Counted from the first letter of the stretch, positions 22,839 to 32,860 are shown. The stretch is 64,000 nt of DNA from an uncultured bacterium (GCA_963749495.1 CAVVMW010000006.1:96001-160000); one strand, 5' to 3'. The notes: a model not told the origin generated them from the letters alone. Numbers and translations are program-made.

Positions 22839-23219
22839 TCAGCGATGCCATGTGAGCGTGACCAGAGAAATCCCGAACATCGAGACGGCCACACCCAGCC
22901 AGAGGCAGAACGAAGCGACGTAAAACGGGAGCGAAACCCACTCAACCAGGCCCGGCATGGCGCGTCTGGCCCGGTCGCGCACCCGCCAGGCCAGAAACAG
23001 CCCGGCCGGCAACGCCAACGGAAAGGCGAACGAAAGCAAACTGATGATCAAGGCGAACCGGGCGTCCGCGTGCAGCCGGCGAGCGACATCCGCGCGGTGC
23101 TCACGCCGCCAGCGCGACACCGCATTCCCAGGCGCTCCGGCAAAGACCGGCTCGGCAACGACATCAATAATCTCCTCTGAGGCGGCTTCACGACAACTTA
23201 GACGGGGAACGTGTTTCAT
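22839..23219 (-). CDS. Hypothetical membrane protein
   Basis: ORF with two hydrophobic segments, co-oriented with its neighbours. Confidence 0.5.
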   Translation of the reverse strand: MKHVPRLSCREAASEEIIDVVAEPVFAGAPGNAVSRWRREHRADVARRLHADARFALIISLLSFAFPLALPAGLFLAWRVRDRARRAMPGLVEWVSLPFYVASFCLWLGVAVSMFGISLVTLTWHR

Positions 23220-23478
23220 AGCTGCCAACAATGGGCACGTTCCCGGACTGCATTCCCTGTACCAGGCCTCTCCAAGCCCTGTTTTGCCTCAATTCTGGCC
23301 GCGGGTGTCCAGGACCGTCCTGTTCCTGGACAGCAACTGCTGAGCTCGCCCACAGGAGCGCGGACACCCCGTCCGCCTGCTTTGGCGGCCAGGGCCGCGC
23401 GGACGAGGCGTCCGCGCTCCTATCCGATGGCGCTTTTCATTGCGGCCAGCCCAGTTACCCTGGACAGCCTCCACGCGC

Positions 23479-24285
23479 TCACGTCGTGCCGGCGTGTTTC
23501 ATGATGGCCTGGGCGGCCAGGCCCAGGCCCGTGAAAAACCCAGTATAAGCAAACCAGATGCCGAAGACGCAAGCGGCGGCCTTGACGAAAGAAATGCCGC
23601 TGAGCCGGGCCAACCCGGCCGAGCGGACCGCCAGGACCCAGAAGGTCATGATGTTGACGACGCCCAGGAGGTTGTGTACGGGGTTCTGAGGGTCGTATTG
23701 CTCGATGACCAGCAGCTTCAGGCTGGCGTCGGCAAAGAGATTGTTGAGCAGCAGGATGAGCAACATCTTCAGAACTGAGTCCAGGACAGCAATGACGTTG
23801 GCCAACCCGACGACCTCGACCGCTTTCATGTAAGAAAGGCCCCCCTTGAAGATCTTGTCGCCCACCAACCAGATGAACAAGCCCCAAACGAACGGGACGA
23901 CAAACCCCATGACCACAGGCCAGGCCGCAGCGCCGGCTTTGGTCATGATTCCGGCCATTCTTGCCCCCATCTCGCGGGCCCGCTCGGCCTGCTCGGGCGG
24001 CATCTTGGCCTTTTCGATCCGCTGCTCGGTGGATCGCTCCATCATCTCGGTGAATTGCTGCGCGAGGGCAGGTTGCGAGAAGATGATCGCCGCGCCCACC
24101 CAGCCTGCCAGAATGAGCAGCAGGCCCGGCACCAGCCAATTGGCCACGCAGGGCGGCGAATTCCTGAGCGCGTCGAAGGCCTCGCTCGGGGCCGCGATGA
24201 CGCCGGCCATCCGGCCGGCCAGCGACAGGGTCGGTTGCAGCGGAGGTTCAGGCCGCTCGTCCTGGGTTGAAGGGGGTTGTTCCAT
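23479..24285 (-). CDS. Yip1-family membrane protein
   Basis: 'VIAAPSEAFDAL' N-terminal motif and about five TM helices. Confidence 0.8.
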   Translation of the reverse strand: MEQPPSTQDERPEPPLQPTLSLAGRMAGVIAAPSEAFDALRNSPPCVANWLVPGLLLILAGWVGAAIIFSQPALAQQFTEMMERSTEQRIEKAKMPPEQAERAREMGARMAGIMTKAGAAAWPVVMGFVVPFVWGLFIWLVGDKIFKGGLSYMKAVEVVGLANVIAVLDSVLKMLLILLLNNLFADASLKLLVIEQYDPQNPVHNLLGVVNIMTFWVLAVRSAGLARLSGISFVKAAACVFGIWFAYTGFFTGLGLAAQAIMKHAGTT

Positions 24286-24291
24286 AATGCA

Positions 24292-24849
24292 ATGGGTTTA
24301 GACAAAGTTGGCCACGGCTGGCCCCCAGGATGCCGGAACTGGGCCAATTTGTCCAGCGGTGGAGAGTCCGCGGTGTTGCTTTTCGAGCCATTGCTCGCGG
24401 CCCCGCCGGTCGCAACGCGTAACGCTATCCTGGAACGAATCAGCCGGTTCCGAGAGATGGCCGGGTCGCCGCTCCAGTCGGAATCGAGGCCCAGTATGAA
24501 GCTCGGCGGCGTCGTGCGCGACCCTGAGGCCCGGCCCATCGCTTCTGCCCTTGTGAGCATCCGGACGGTCGTCCGCGACCAGGTGGGCCAGTTCGTGGAA
24601 GTGGAAGTGAACTCCGCCACCACCGGCGTTTCCGGCCAGTGGACCAGCGAGGGCGTCTTGCCCGATTACAAATCCCTCACCTTCAAACTGAGCCGCGCGG
24701 AATTCATTTCCGCGGAATACTCCCTCCCTGAATCGGGCAAGCCTGGGCCGGGAGAGGTTTCCCGGGCCGATCTCCTGGCCCTCAAGGCAGTCATGGAGAT
24801 GAAGCCCAGCGCGAGCCAGCGGAGGACGGGCAGGCGTTTGTGCCCTTAA
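24292..24849 (+). CDS. Hypothetical protein with carboxypeptidase-regulatory-like domain (start uncertain)
   Basis: 'GGVVRDPEARPIASALV...TTGVSGQW'; stop overlaps the att repeat. Confidence 0.5.
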   Translation: MGLDKVGHGWPPGCRNWANLSSGGESAVLLFEPLLAAPPVATRNAILERISRFREMAGSPLQSESRPSMKLGGVVRDPEARPIASALVSIRTVVRDQVGQFVEVEVNSATTGVSGQWTSEGVLPDYKSLTFKLSRAEFISAEYSLPESGKPGPGEVSRADLLALKAVMEMKPSASQRRTGRRLCP

Positions 24850-24879
24850 CTGGCTGTCCGGCATGGATTCGAACCATGA
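24848..24879 (-). repeat. att site (duplicated tRNA-Gln 3' end)
   Basis: Identical to 35412-35443 (T-arm, acceptor strand, CCA). Confidence 0.95.
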
Positions 24880-25006
24880 AACAGGGGGGTTGCTTCGTTG
24901 CTCATAGGTGCATCGTTGTGCGCCGTCATGCCGTTACCTATACGATAGACGCCCTTTGTTTGCAAGCATTTTCTTGCATCCAAGCGCAAATAAGTGAAGA
25001 AAAACC

Positions 25007-25080
25007 TGTGCGGCACTGTGCGGCAACCATGCCGTGTGCGGAAACTGTGCGGTAAGCCCAGCAGGCCGAAAACTGTGCGG
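25007..25080 (+). promoter_or_regulatory. Putative integrase arm-type sites (5x TGTGCGG)
   Basis: TGTGCGG at 25007, 25017, 25035, 25046 and 25074; same motif and orientation at 35363 and 35374 near the other att. Confidence 0.7.
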
Positions 25081-25619
25081 GAAGTGTGTCAGAGCCGGGG
25101 CCTTGCCGATCTTCCGCCCAGGGCGTCGCCGGTGTGGGCGGGCAAGGGGATTCTCGCCTGCGCGGCACCAGTTGCGCGGGGACCATGGCGACATAGCAGC
25201 CTGCCGGCTCGAATGCCTGCCAGGGCCATTCCCGCAAGGCGGCGCGGGCTTGTGGCCCCCGGGCCTGTCAAGGACAGCGGACACTGGCAGCGGATGCGCC
25301 AGAAGCCATGCAGCAACGCGCCCGGCGGCAAGGCGGGCCATCCTGGCGAGAGTGGCCACGGTGGATGCTGACCCCCGGCGGCTGTCGAGGCGTGACCTGC
25401 CGGCCAGCAGCGCCGTGCCAGTGCCGCCCCTGGGGGGACGGCGGGGCGCCCCCCCGGTGCCTATGGAGTTCCTTTTTGCCGAAGACCGCGCTTAGCAGGC
25501 CGGGCAACCCCTTTTGGGCGTGGGGTCTCGACGATACGGTGGCCCACGAGCGAGACACAGCCCGGTTTTTGGAGGTTTTATTTGATTGTCAATCTCGCCG
25601 ATTCCAGGTAACAACGGGC

Positions 25620-26426
25620 ATGACGCTCAACGTTACGCTGAAGGTCCCTGACGGAATTGTGATCGCGAGCGATAGCTTGATGACACTGACCGAATGGATC
25701 AGCAAGAAGATCAACATTGATTCCAAATGTCCAAAATGCGCTGAGCTTATTCAGCTCAAAGACGTTCAGATCCCGGCCTTCTCCGTGCCAAGCTCATCTT
25801 TCCCGTATGCGCAGAAGTTGTTTTCTATCAACGCGAGGCTGGGCTTGGCCGTCTATGGCGTCGCTCACCTGAACGGACGAAGCATGTATAGCCACATCAT
25901 GGACCTCACCGGTAAGCTCCCAAAGCCTGCCGAGGGCGAGGACTATGTTGAGATCGTCAAGAAAGCCGTTCTCGATTACTTTGACAACCAGATCGCTTTG
26001 GAGTGCACCAAAACCGGATTCAACTTGGCCTTGCAACCGGACGACTGGTTCCCATTCGGATTTCAGTTGGCTGGGTTTCACCGGGACGCCGCTGGGGAGC
26101 CGACACCCAAGGTATTCTGGATTCGAATGGGGAAGAAATCGGATGCGCAGCTTGTGAGCGCGCCGGCCTTCTGCACCGGCGTTTTCGAAGTCGTCACCCT
26201 CTTGTGGCCAGGCGGGATGTTGACCGCGAATGTCACCGCGTTTTCTTTGCAGGACGCGATTGACTATGCAAGGTTTCTGATACGGACGACCTCTGAGTAC
26301 CAGAGGTTTTCGGGAAAATGGCAGACGGTCGGGGGTGAGATTGATATAGCCTTGATCACGAACCGGAACGGATTTCAGTGGATCGCACAGAAACCGCTTT
26401 ATAAAATGTTGGAAGGACCGATATAA
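25620..26426 (+). CDS. Proteasome-beta/HslV-like Ntn-hydrolase with CxxC insertion
   Basis: M-T1LNVTLKVPDGIVIASD17S, later 'QKLF', 'AVYG', 'TVGGEIDIA'. Confidence 0.7.
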   Translation: MTLNVTLKVPDGIVIASDSLMTLTEWISKKINIDSKCPKCAELIQLKDVQIPAFSVPSSSFPYAQKLFSINARLGLAVYGVAHLNGRSMYSHIMDLTGKLPKPAEGEDYVEIVKKAVLDYFDNQIALECTKTGFNLALQPDDWFPFGFQLAGFHRDAAGEPTPKVFWIRMGKKSDAQLVSAPAFCTGVFEVVTLLWPGGMLTANVTAFSLQDAIDYARFLIRTTSEYQRFSGKWQTVGGEIDIALITNRNGFQWIAQKPLYKMLEGPI

Positions 26427-26430
26427 GAGT

Positions 26431-26637
26431 ATGAACGCGAGCTTTGCGTACTTTGAGGGCCAAGAAGCCCAGGCTTTGGTGTTTTACGAGCGAAGGCTGC
26501 GAGAGACGCAAGACCCAGAGGAACGCCGGAGGTTGGAGCGGCTTGTCCAGGAATTGCGCGCGGTTGTGGAAGAAACGAAGCAGCCGTTGCCCGATTTCTC
26601 ACTGTCGGCGCTGTCGCTTCGATGCGTTCAGCCCTAG
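26431..26637 (+). CDS. Small helical hypothetical protein
   Basis: Starts 4 nt after the Ntn gene stop; charged coiled-coil-like sequence. Confidence 0.55.
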   Translation: MNASFAYFEGQEAQALVFYERRLRETQDPEERRRLERLVQELRAVVEETKQPLPDFSLSALSLRCVQP

Positions 26638-26717
26638 AGCCCTCGCTGTGTAATTGATGTCTGTTCCGCCCGGCGGGCGAACCGCACTCGCAGCGCGGGG
26701 CAGACGGGCAAGACCCC

Positions 26718-26890
26718 CTAATAAACCAAAACGAGCACGGTCGCGCTTTCCGCGGCCCTCACCACATCCTCGAGTTTCCGGTCCCTGGGCGGCGTGGGGC
26801 TTTTGATCTTTGCGGAGATTTCGGGCAGGGTTTCCAGGAGGACGTTGAGCACCGAGCTTTTCAGTGCGTAATTGACATTTTGGGGAAGAG
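26718..26890 (-). pseudogene. C-terminal remnant of a trypsin-like serine protease gene
   Basis: 'LPQNVNYALKSS...VVRAAESATVLVLVY*' resembles the end of trypsin_2-domain proteins; no upstream catalytic part. Confidence 0.55.
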
Positions 26891-26989
26891 AGCCGGTGCT
26901 GTGAGGCGCGGCACGGGAGGCTCGGCGCCCAACTCCCCCCCGCGACGATTTTCGGGGACGCCCTGGGCCTCGCCACGGAGAGAATTCCG

Positions 26990-27208
26990 TCAAAGCTGGC
27001 GCAACAATTCGGCTGGGCGAACCCCCAGCGCCTTGGCAACCCTCAGAAGCGCGTGGAGGCTGATCCACTGCTCGCCGCGTTCGACCTTGCCCAAATAGAC
27101 CGGGTGGAGATCAGCCTTTTCCGCCAATGTCTCCTGGCTCAGGCCGGCTTGCTTGCGGCAATCCCTGATCGTGGTGCCAAGTATCTTGATCTGTTTGTTG
27201 CGGAGCAC
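26990..27208 (-). CDS. XRE-family HTH transcriptional regulator
   Basis: 'IRDCRKQAGLSQETLAEKADLHPVYLGKVERGE'. Confidence 0.85.
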   Translation of the reverse strand: MLRNKQIKILGTTIRDCRKQAGLSQETLAEKADLHPVYLGKVERGEQWISLHALLRVAKALGVRPAELLRQL

Positions 27209-27348
27209 GGTCCGCAAAGGAATCAGGAACAGTCGGAATCGAACACAGCCAACATGGGTGTATTTTGCGCTTGTGTTCTTGGCCAACCCTCCCCAAGATT
27301 GGGCTCGTCCCTCGGGTTTTGCCGCGAATTCAGAAACGTTAATCGCTT

Positions 27349-27663
27349 GTGAAACTGGAAAAGCTTGGCTGGAGTGCCGGCGCAAGAGTTTGTGCGGCAG
27401 CGTTGCTCTTTTGGGCTATGGGCCGGCATCCGTACGGCTACTACAAGCTCCTCCGGTGGGTCGTCTGCGGAGTGGGCGCCTACATGGTCTTGGAGGCTGC
27501 GAAGTCGAAAAAGGAGGGCTGGGCAATCACGTTTGGGATTACTGCCCTCCTGTTCAACCCATTTGTACGCGTCGGGTTCGACCGTGACACGTGGCCGTGG
27601 GTCGATCTTGCGGCGGCGATCCTGTTCGTGATCTCCCTGGCTCCCCTTCGGGGGAGGGACTGA
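27349..27663 (+). CDS. Small membrane protein, DUF6804-like
   Basis: 'PYGYYKLLRWVV...LFNPF...DRDTW' pattern. Confidence 0.65.
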   Translation: MKLEKLGWSAGARVCAAALLFWAMGRHPYGYYKLLRWVVCGVGAYMVLEAAKSKKEGWAITFGITALLFNPFVRVGFDRDTWPWVDLAAAILFVISLAPLRGRD

Positions 27664-27738
27664 CAGGTGCGAGAACAAGCGTGTAAGCCCAAACAACAAC
27701 CCTTCTACTTTCGGCCATGGCCACAACATTTGATGCTT

Positions 27739-28224
27739 ATGAAGCAAGCTATTAAAGCAACAACCTCAGCGGTGGGCTCAATCTTGGTGGTCGTCGCGCT
27801 CTTGCTGATCGCCGACTTGCTCATCTTTGGAATCGGTTGGATCTCTGGGAGGGTTCTGCCGACGCTGAACCTGATCGTGGAAATCCTCTTTGTCGCCCTG
27901 CTCGTGGTCGGGCTGCCTTTACTGTTTTCCCGAAAAACGCGCGGCTATGTTGGCATCGGTTTTCTGTGGTGGAGTTATCTTTGCGGTCTCAACCTGTGGT
28001 TGCTCTGCCTCTTGGTGTGCCTGAATCTCTGGGGCGTGACTGCGGCAGTAGCAGGGCTTTGCCTGGCGGGCGTCGGCGTTCTGCCCGTCGCCCTTCTGGC
28101 TGCGCTGTGCAAGGCGGAATGGCTTATGCTCGGGGCCATCCTCTTTCAGCTTGTTCTGACCCTCGGCGCCCGGTTTGGCGGGGTCTTTTTGGTGTCGAGA
28201 TCCAGCCTCTCGGACGGATTATGA
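27739..28224 (+). CDS. Hypothetical integral membrane protein
   Basis: About five hydrophobic segments. Confidence 0.65.
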   Translation: MKQAIKATTSAVGSILVVVALLLIADLLIFGIGWISGRVLPTLNLIVEILFVALLVVGLPLLFSRKTRGYVGIGFLWWSYLCGLNLWLLCLLVCLNLWGVTAAVAGLCLAGVGVLPVALLAALCKAEWLMLGAILFQLVLTLGARFGGVFLVSRSSLSDGL

Positions 28225-28229
28225 ACCTA

Positions 28230-29506
28230 AGTACTCGTTGGCATAAATAATATGACGTATTATTGTTTGCCTTTCTTGAGCGAATGGAGCAAACTTGGCA
28301 TATGCCTGGTCGCATATACCATGCCAAGATATAGCCCATATCCCATCGTCCTGACGGAACACGAAAGGACCGCTCTCGAAGACATGGCCCGAAAATATAC
28401 GTCACAATATTTTCAGGTCGTTCGAGCCAAAGCCATCCTCCTGGCCGCCAAGGGCCTGCGCAACGACCAGATCGCCCAGAGGGTTTCGTTGCCCAGACAG
28501 AGCATCAGCAAATGGCGCAAACGGTTTTTCGAGGAGCGATTGGACGGCTTGGACAATCTTCCTCGTTCCGGGCGCCCGCCCGTTTTCCCCCCCTGAACTG
28601 GTGATCCAGATTAAAGCCATCGCGTGCGAACTGCCCCATCAACAGGGCCTGCCCCTTTCCCGCTTTAGCCGCCAGGACTTGGTCCGAGAAGTCGCCCGCC
28701 GCGGTCTGGTGGCCAGCGTCAGTGGCCGGACCATCTGGCGCTGGCTCGATGAAGACGCTATCCGGCCCTGGCAGCCTCGCAGTTGGATTTTCCCCCGCGA
28801 CCCGGATTTTCAAATCAAGGCGGAGCGGGTGTTGGATCTCTATCAAGGATTGTGGAACGAGCAGGCATTGGGAGCCGAGGATTACGTCCTTTCGGCCGAT
28901 GAAAAAACCAGCATCCAGGCCCGCCTTCGGCTACACCCCACTTTGCCGCCGCGACCGCGCCAAGCCATGCGCGTTGAGTTCGAGTATGAACGTGGGGGAG
29001 CTCTGGCTTATCTGGCGGCTTGGGATGTACGGCGGGCCAAAGTGTTTGGCCGTTGCGAAGCCACCACCGGCATCGAACCCTTCGGCCGGTTGGTCCAACA
29101 GGTGATGGAGCAGGAGCCCTATCGCCATGCCCAAAGGGTCTTCTGGATCGTGGATAACGGCTCCTCCCATCGCGGGGCCGCCGCGGTGCAACGGCTCCAA
29201 GGCGCTTATTCCAACCTGATCCTGGTTCACTTGCCCGTTCATGCCAGTTGGCTCAACCAGGTTGAGATTTACTTTTCGGTCGTCCAGCGGAAGGTGCTCA
29301 CGCCCAATGATTTCTCTTCCTTGTCGGAAGTGGCGGATCGCCTCTTGGCTTTCCATCGATTCTACGAACAAATCGCCAAGCCCTTCGAGTGGAAATTCAC
29401 TCGCGCAGACCTCCAAGAACTGATGAGCAAGTTGGCCGGCCAGACTTCAACCGCCCTGGCCGCTTGACCATGAAAAATACGTCAACGAATTTATGCCCCA
29501 GAGTAC
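28230..29506 (+). mobile_element. IS630-family insertion sequence
   Basis: Imperfect TIRs AGTACTC-N3-GGCATAAAT-N4-TGACGTATT at both ends, TA flanks, split transposase. Confidence 0.92.
28321..29467 (+). CDS. IS630 transposase (orfA 28321-28596 + orfB, probable -1 frameshift at TTTTCCCCCCC)
   Basis: HTH 'SKWRKRF..GL.NLPRSGRP'; DDE 'ADEK', 'VDNGSSH', 'SWLNQVE'. Confidence 0.9.
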
Positions 29507-29908
29507 TAAGTCGGGACGACGCGATCTGTGATACTGGCGGCTCGCTTGCACCACCGGCCAAGCGCGGAACTGGGAATCCCGCGTTGACCGAGTAGTACCG
29601 GTAGCCATCAGCACTACGCCGCATCCTCGCAGGAAGTGCCAGGAGCCGAGCGAAGTTCGGCCAACTTGGTGGGGGTGCCGCCGCCGGATGCCGGAGAGCT
29701 TCCCGGTGGCCGGTGGTACACGCGGGGTCATTCGGCCATGCCGGGAGCGCGGCGGCGTCCTGGAGTGCGACCAGGACTACCCTGGCCAGGCTGCCAGCAG
29801 CGAGGTCGGGGTAGGCATGAGCGGGTTTCCGCCGGTCTTTCTCCACTTTTGCCGGCCTGTGAACGGCTGTTCAGTTGAACCGCCGCCTAATGTGGTTTAC
29901 GGTTGGGC

Positions 29909-30280
29909 ATGCCGCTATTCGATTCCGCAAGCGCCCGCGAAGCCCAAAGGAAATCCGCTGAGTCACGACGCGCTAATCGCGTGGGAGGCGGGCAAGCGCA
30001 ACCGCAATCCGCCCCGCTACACCCCACTGCTGATGGGTTTGTGAGCGCGTGTCGCGCGCGTACGCAGGCGCAGATCAACCGACTGGATGACATGATTGAC
30101 GCCATGCTCTCGGGCGAGGCGGCGAAGCTCGATGGCCAGGCCATTGACCGGATGGCGTCCGCCAAGTCCCGCCTCTACGAGATTGAGCGCGTCCTTGCGG
30201 GGCGCCCGACTCCCGGTTCGCTCCGTCCAACCGCCGAGAAGCCAAGGCGCGGTATTGGGGCGAGGCTCGAAGGCTTGTGA
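29909..30280 (+). CDS. Hypothetical protein, possibly terminase-small-subunit-like
   Basis: N-terminal 'F...AREAQRKSAESRR' basic helix followed by helical hairpin; satellite context. Confidence 0.45.
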   Translation: MPLFDSASAREAQRKSAESRRANRVGGGQAQPQSAPLHPTADGFVSACRARTQAQINRLDDMIDAMLSGEAAKLDGQAIDRMASAKSRLYEIERVLAGRPTPGSLRPTAEKPRRGIGARLEGL

Positions 30281-30284
30281 CGAT

Positions 30285-30510
30285 TCAGACGCGAAAGGAA
30301 TTCCCTGGTCGGGCAGACGGGGAGCCTGCTGGTTTCTTCGGCTCAACAGGGGGGACTGGGCGGCAGACCTCGCAACGGAAGCCGTAGCCGCGCAGCAAGG
30401 TTTTTAGCAGCCCGCGAAGCCGCTGGGCAGGACTGGCCCGCCAGTGACCGGGGACCGCCCGGATTGTCAGAACGTAGGTGTCGCCAGTCTGCCGTTCCGC
30501 CGGCACTCTG
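30285..30510 (-). CDS. Small satellite hypothetical protein (start uncertain)
   Basis: 'YVLTIRAVPG...RLRGLLKTLLRGYGFRC', downstream of the primase. Confidence 0.5.
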
Positions 30511-30600
30511 CCACTGCCATACCCTAAAGGGATATGGCAGAGTGGCGGTGCCTCTGTGCCAAGTGCGGATTTGGCGGAATTGGCAGAATTGGCAGGGTGG
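30500..30600. promoter_or_regulatory. Putative replication origin of the island (TGGC(A/G)G iteron-like repeats)
   Basis: CTGCCACTGCCA-TACCCTAAAGGGATA-TGGCAGAGTGGCGG plus TTGGCGGAATTGGCAGAATTGGCAG, directly after the primase stop. Confidence 0.5.
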
Positions 30601-30603
30601 GGT

Positions 30604-32376
30604 TTATTCACGCTTTTCGATGACGGGTTGCCACTTCCCGCCAACCTTGCTTTTCAGGACTCTCCCGGCGGCGAGAAGTTCCCTGCGGAGCCGGTAAAAC
30701 GTGCGCTCTGACGTGCCGTGTTCCTCGCGAGCGGCTTTAATCCAGTCCTTGTTCCTAAGCCCCTCTGCTGGCAGGACTTCGAGCAGGGCTTGGGCCTCAT
30801 GCTCCGGCTTCTTCCCGCCAGCTTGCTTTAGGTCCTCGGGGTTCAGGTCCTTCGCAACCCTCATCAGCGGGAAAGCCCACTCGACAACGAAAGGGGGTTG
30901 CTCCGGCAGGTTGCGCAGAATCAGGTCCACGGTGAAAGCGCCCTCGACCTTGTGTTTCGTGAGCGTGATGATGGTGTCGGCATCGCGTGTCCAAACGCCA
31001 CTGCCGCCGATTCGGTCAATCGCTTCCTTGCCGGCCTGGTTGCCTTTGGAGAAGTGCGCAGCGTAAAAGACAGCGGCGCCAGTCTCGACCGCCAGGCGCT
31101 CGATCTCGTTGCACAACTCGCCAATGGCGCCTGCGGAGTTTTCGTCCCGCCCGCCAAGGCCCTTGTAAATCGGGTCCAGGACTATCAAAACGTACGCGCC
31201 CGCCTGGATTCTGGCGAGCAGGCCCGGAAGCAGCGTCCCGAGCGCGGCGCCATGCCCGCGTAGCGTCCAAACGTCAAGGTTGCCGATGGCCTCGATGCCC
31301 TTGGCCTCGCACAGCCGCTTGATGCGCGCACGGATGAAGGCACGCGGGATCTCGAAATTGATGTAGAGAACGCGGCCATGGCGCGTCTCGAATTTCCACC
31401 ACGGCAGCCCGGCCGCAACGCTCGTTGCAAGGTCGAGCAAGATCCAGGTCTTACGGGCCTTGCTGCTGCTCCCCAGGACGGCCTTGAGTCCCTGGTGCAA
31501 GACGGCCTTGATAATCTCCGGTGGGAGCGTGGCCGTTTCATCGGCCAGGAGCGCAGCGGCATTGTCTATCGGCGGCAAGGTGGATTCAGAGGAGGCTTGA
31601 TCGTCCGGCGTCCATTCGGGCGCGCCTTGCGCCAGATCGTTCAGATCGGCAGCCTGCCCGCCGGCAGCGAAGAAGTCGGCGGCATCCTTGACCGGCTTGC
31701 CGTCGAGGTCCGGGAGTTCGATCACCTTCACGCTGGCGGCAGTCCCCTGGAGCTTGGCGGCCACGAGTGCAGCGTGTCTGCGGCCCGCCTTGTCCTTTTC
31801 CGCGACAACGACAACCTCGGCGCCGCGCAGCGGTTCGGACATTGAATCCGGCCACTTGGAATCGTCTGGCGTTGACAGGGCGCCGCCCGCGTTGCACGTT
31901 CCGACGAAGCCTTCCCGTTCCATCGCCAGGCAATCCTTCTCACCCTCGCAAATGAAAACGGGCCTGGCGTCCTTCACGGCTGCGATTACCTGCGGCAAGC
32001 GGAATAGCACGCGCCGCACTCCTTTGACGTTCCAAGCCCCGTCCGGCTTGCGCTGGCGAAAGTCCTTCGGCTCGAATCTGACAACCTCGAAAAGCACCTT
32101 GCCGGCTTCATCGCTGTAAGGGTACGTGCCCACAATGACGCGCTTTCCGTTACGTGCCGGCTGGCCGTTGAACAGGTCCGCCAGGTTCAATCCCAGGGCG
32201 CCGCAGATTGCCTCCGGTGTGCATCCGGCGTGACAGTGAAGCAGGATTCGCCCGTCCTCGCCTTCCCTCACGCTGAGGCTGGGGGACTCGTCCTCGTGGG
32301 CCGGGCAGCGGGCCTGCCAGCCGCCGGCGGTCTTAGTGACGCCTGAGAGACGAGACAGGAGGGCGGCGGCGTTCAT
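30604..32376 (-). CDS. Primase-helicase (Zn finger + TOPRIM + AAA_25/RepA-like helicase)
   Basis: 'CPAHED..PSLS...LHCHAGC', 'ICEGEKD', 'GSSKARKT', 'IVLDP', 'AHFSKG'. Confidence 0.88.
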   Translation of the reverse strand: MNAAALLSRLSGVTKTAGGWQARCPAHEDESPSLSVREGEDGRILLHCHAGCTPEAICGALGLNLADLFNGQPARNGKRVIVGTYPYSDEAGKVLFEVVRFEPKDFRQRKPDGAWNVKGVRRVLFRLPQVIAAVKDARPVFICEGEKDCLAMEREGFVGTCNAGGALSTPDDSKWPDSMSEPLRGAEVVVVAEKDKAGRRHAALVAAKLQGTAASVKVIELPDLDGKPVKDAADFFAAGGQAADLNDLAQGAPEWTPDDQASSESTLPPIDNAAALLADETATLPPEIIKAVLHQGLKAVLGSSSKARKTWILLDLATSVAAGLPWWKFETRHGRVLYINFEIPRAFIRARIKRLCEAKGIEAIGNLDVWTLRGHGAALGTLLPGLLARIQAGAYVLIVLDPIYKGLGGRDENSAGAIGELCNEIERLAVETGAAVFYAAHFSKGNQAGKEAIDRIGGSGVWTRDADTIITLTKHKVEGAFTVDLILRNLPEQPPFVVEWAFPLMRVAKDLNPEDLKQAGGKKPEHEAQALLEVLPAEGLRNKDWIKAAREEHGTSERTFYRLRRELLAAGRVLKSKVGGKWQPVIEKRE

Positions 32377-32528
32377 TGCGCGGTCTCTTTGGGCACCAGG
32401 GCCACAGCGCACGGCGGCAGACTTGCGGGGCCGGCAGGCTTGACCGCAGGACGGGGCGGTGGTACCTGTGCGTTTGTCCACTATTCCAGCCCCGCCCTTG
32501 CCGGGGCCGGCGTCTGCACCGGGGGCGC

Positions 32529-32792
32529 TCACGCGGCACCTCCTCGCTGATGCCTCAAGAGCGCATGGAGGAGGGTGGGCCAATGCCACAACAGCCGGCG
32601 TGAGCCTGGCATACGGATTGCGGGGACGAGACCGCGCGTCAGCCAGGTGGCGAGCGTCCGGCGGCTGATCCGCAGCCGTTGCAGCACCTCGGCGGTGGTG
32701 AGCAGTGCGGCGTCACCGCCGCTGGTCCCCGCCGGATCGGTCGTCGTGCTGCCCCCGGCAGGTCCGGGCAGCGTGTCCGTAGTGTGCGACAT
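32529..32792 (-). CDS. Excisionase-like HTH protein
   Basis: 'LLTTAEVLQRLRISRRTLATWLTRGLVPAIR'. Confidence 0.8.
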   Translation of the reverse strand: MSHTTDTLPGPAGGSTTTDPAGTSGGDAALLTTAEVLQRLRISRRTLATWLTRGLVPAIRMPGSRRLLWHWPTLLHALLRHQRGGAA

Positions 32793-32860
32793 GCGGCCAG
32801 TCTGCATCACCAGCCGCAGCCTGTCCTACCCCCAGATCGCTGGGCTGTGGGGGGAGTGGC

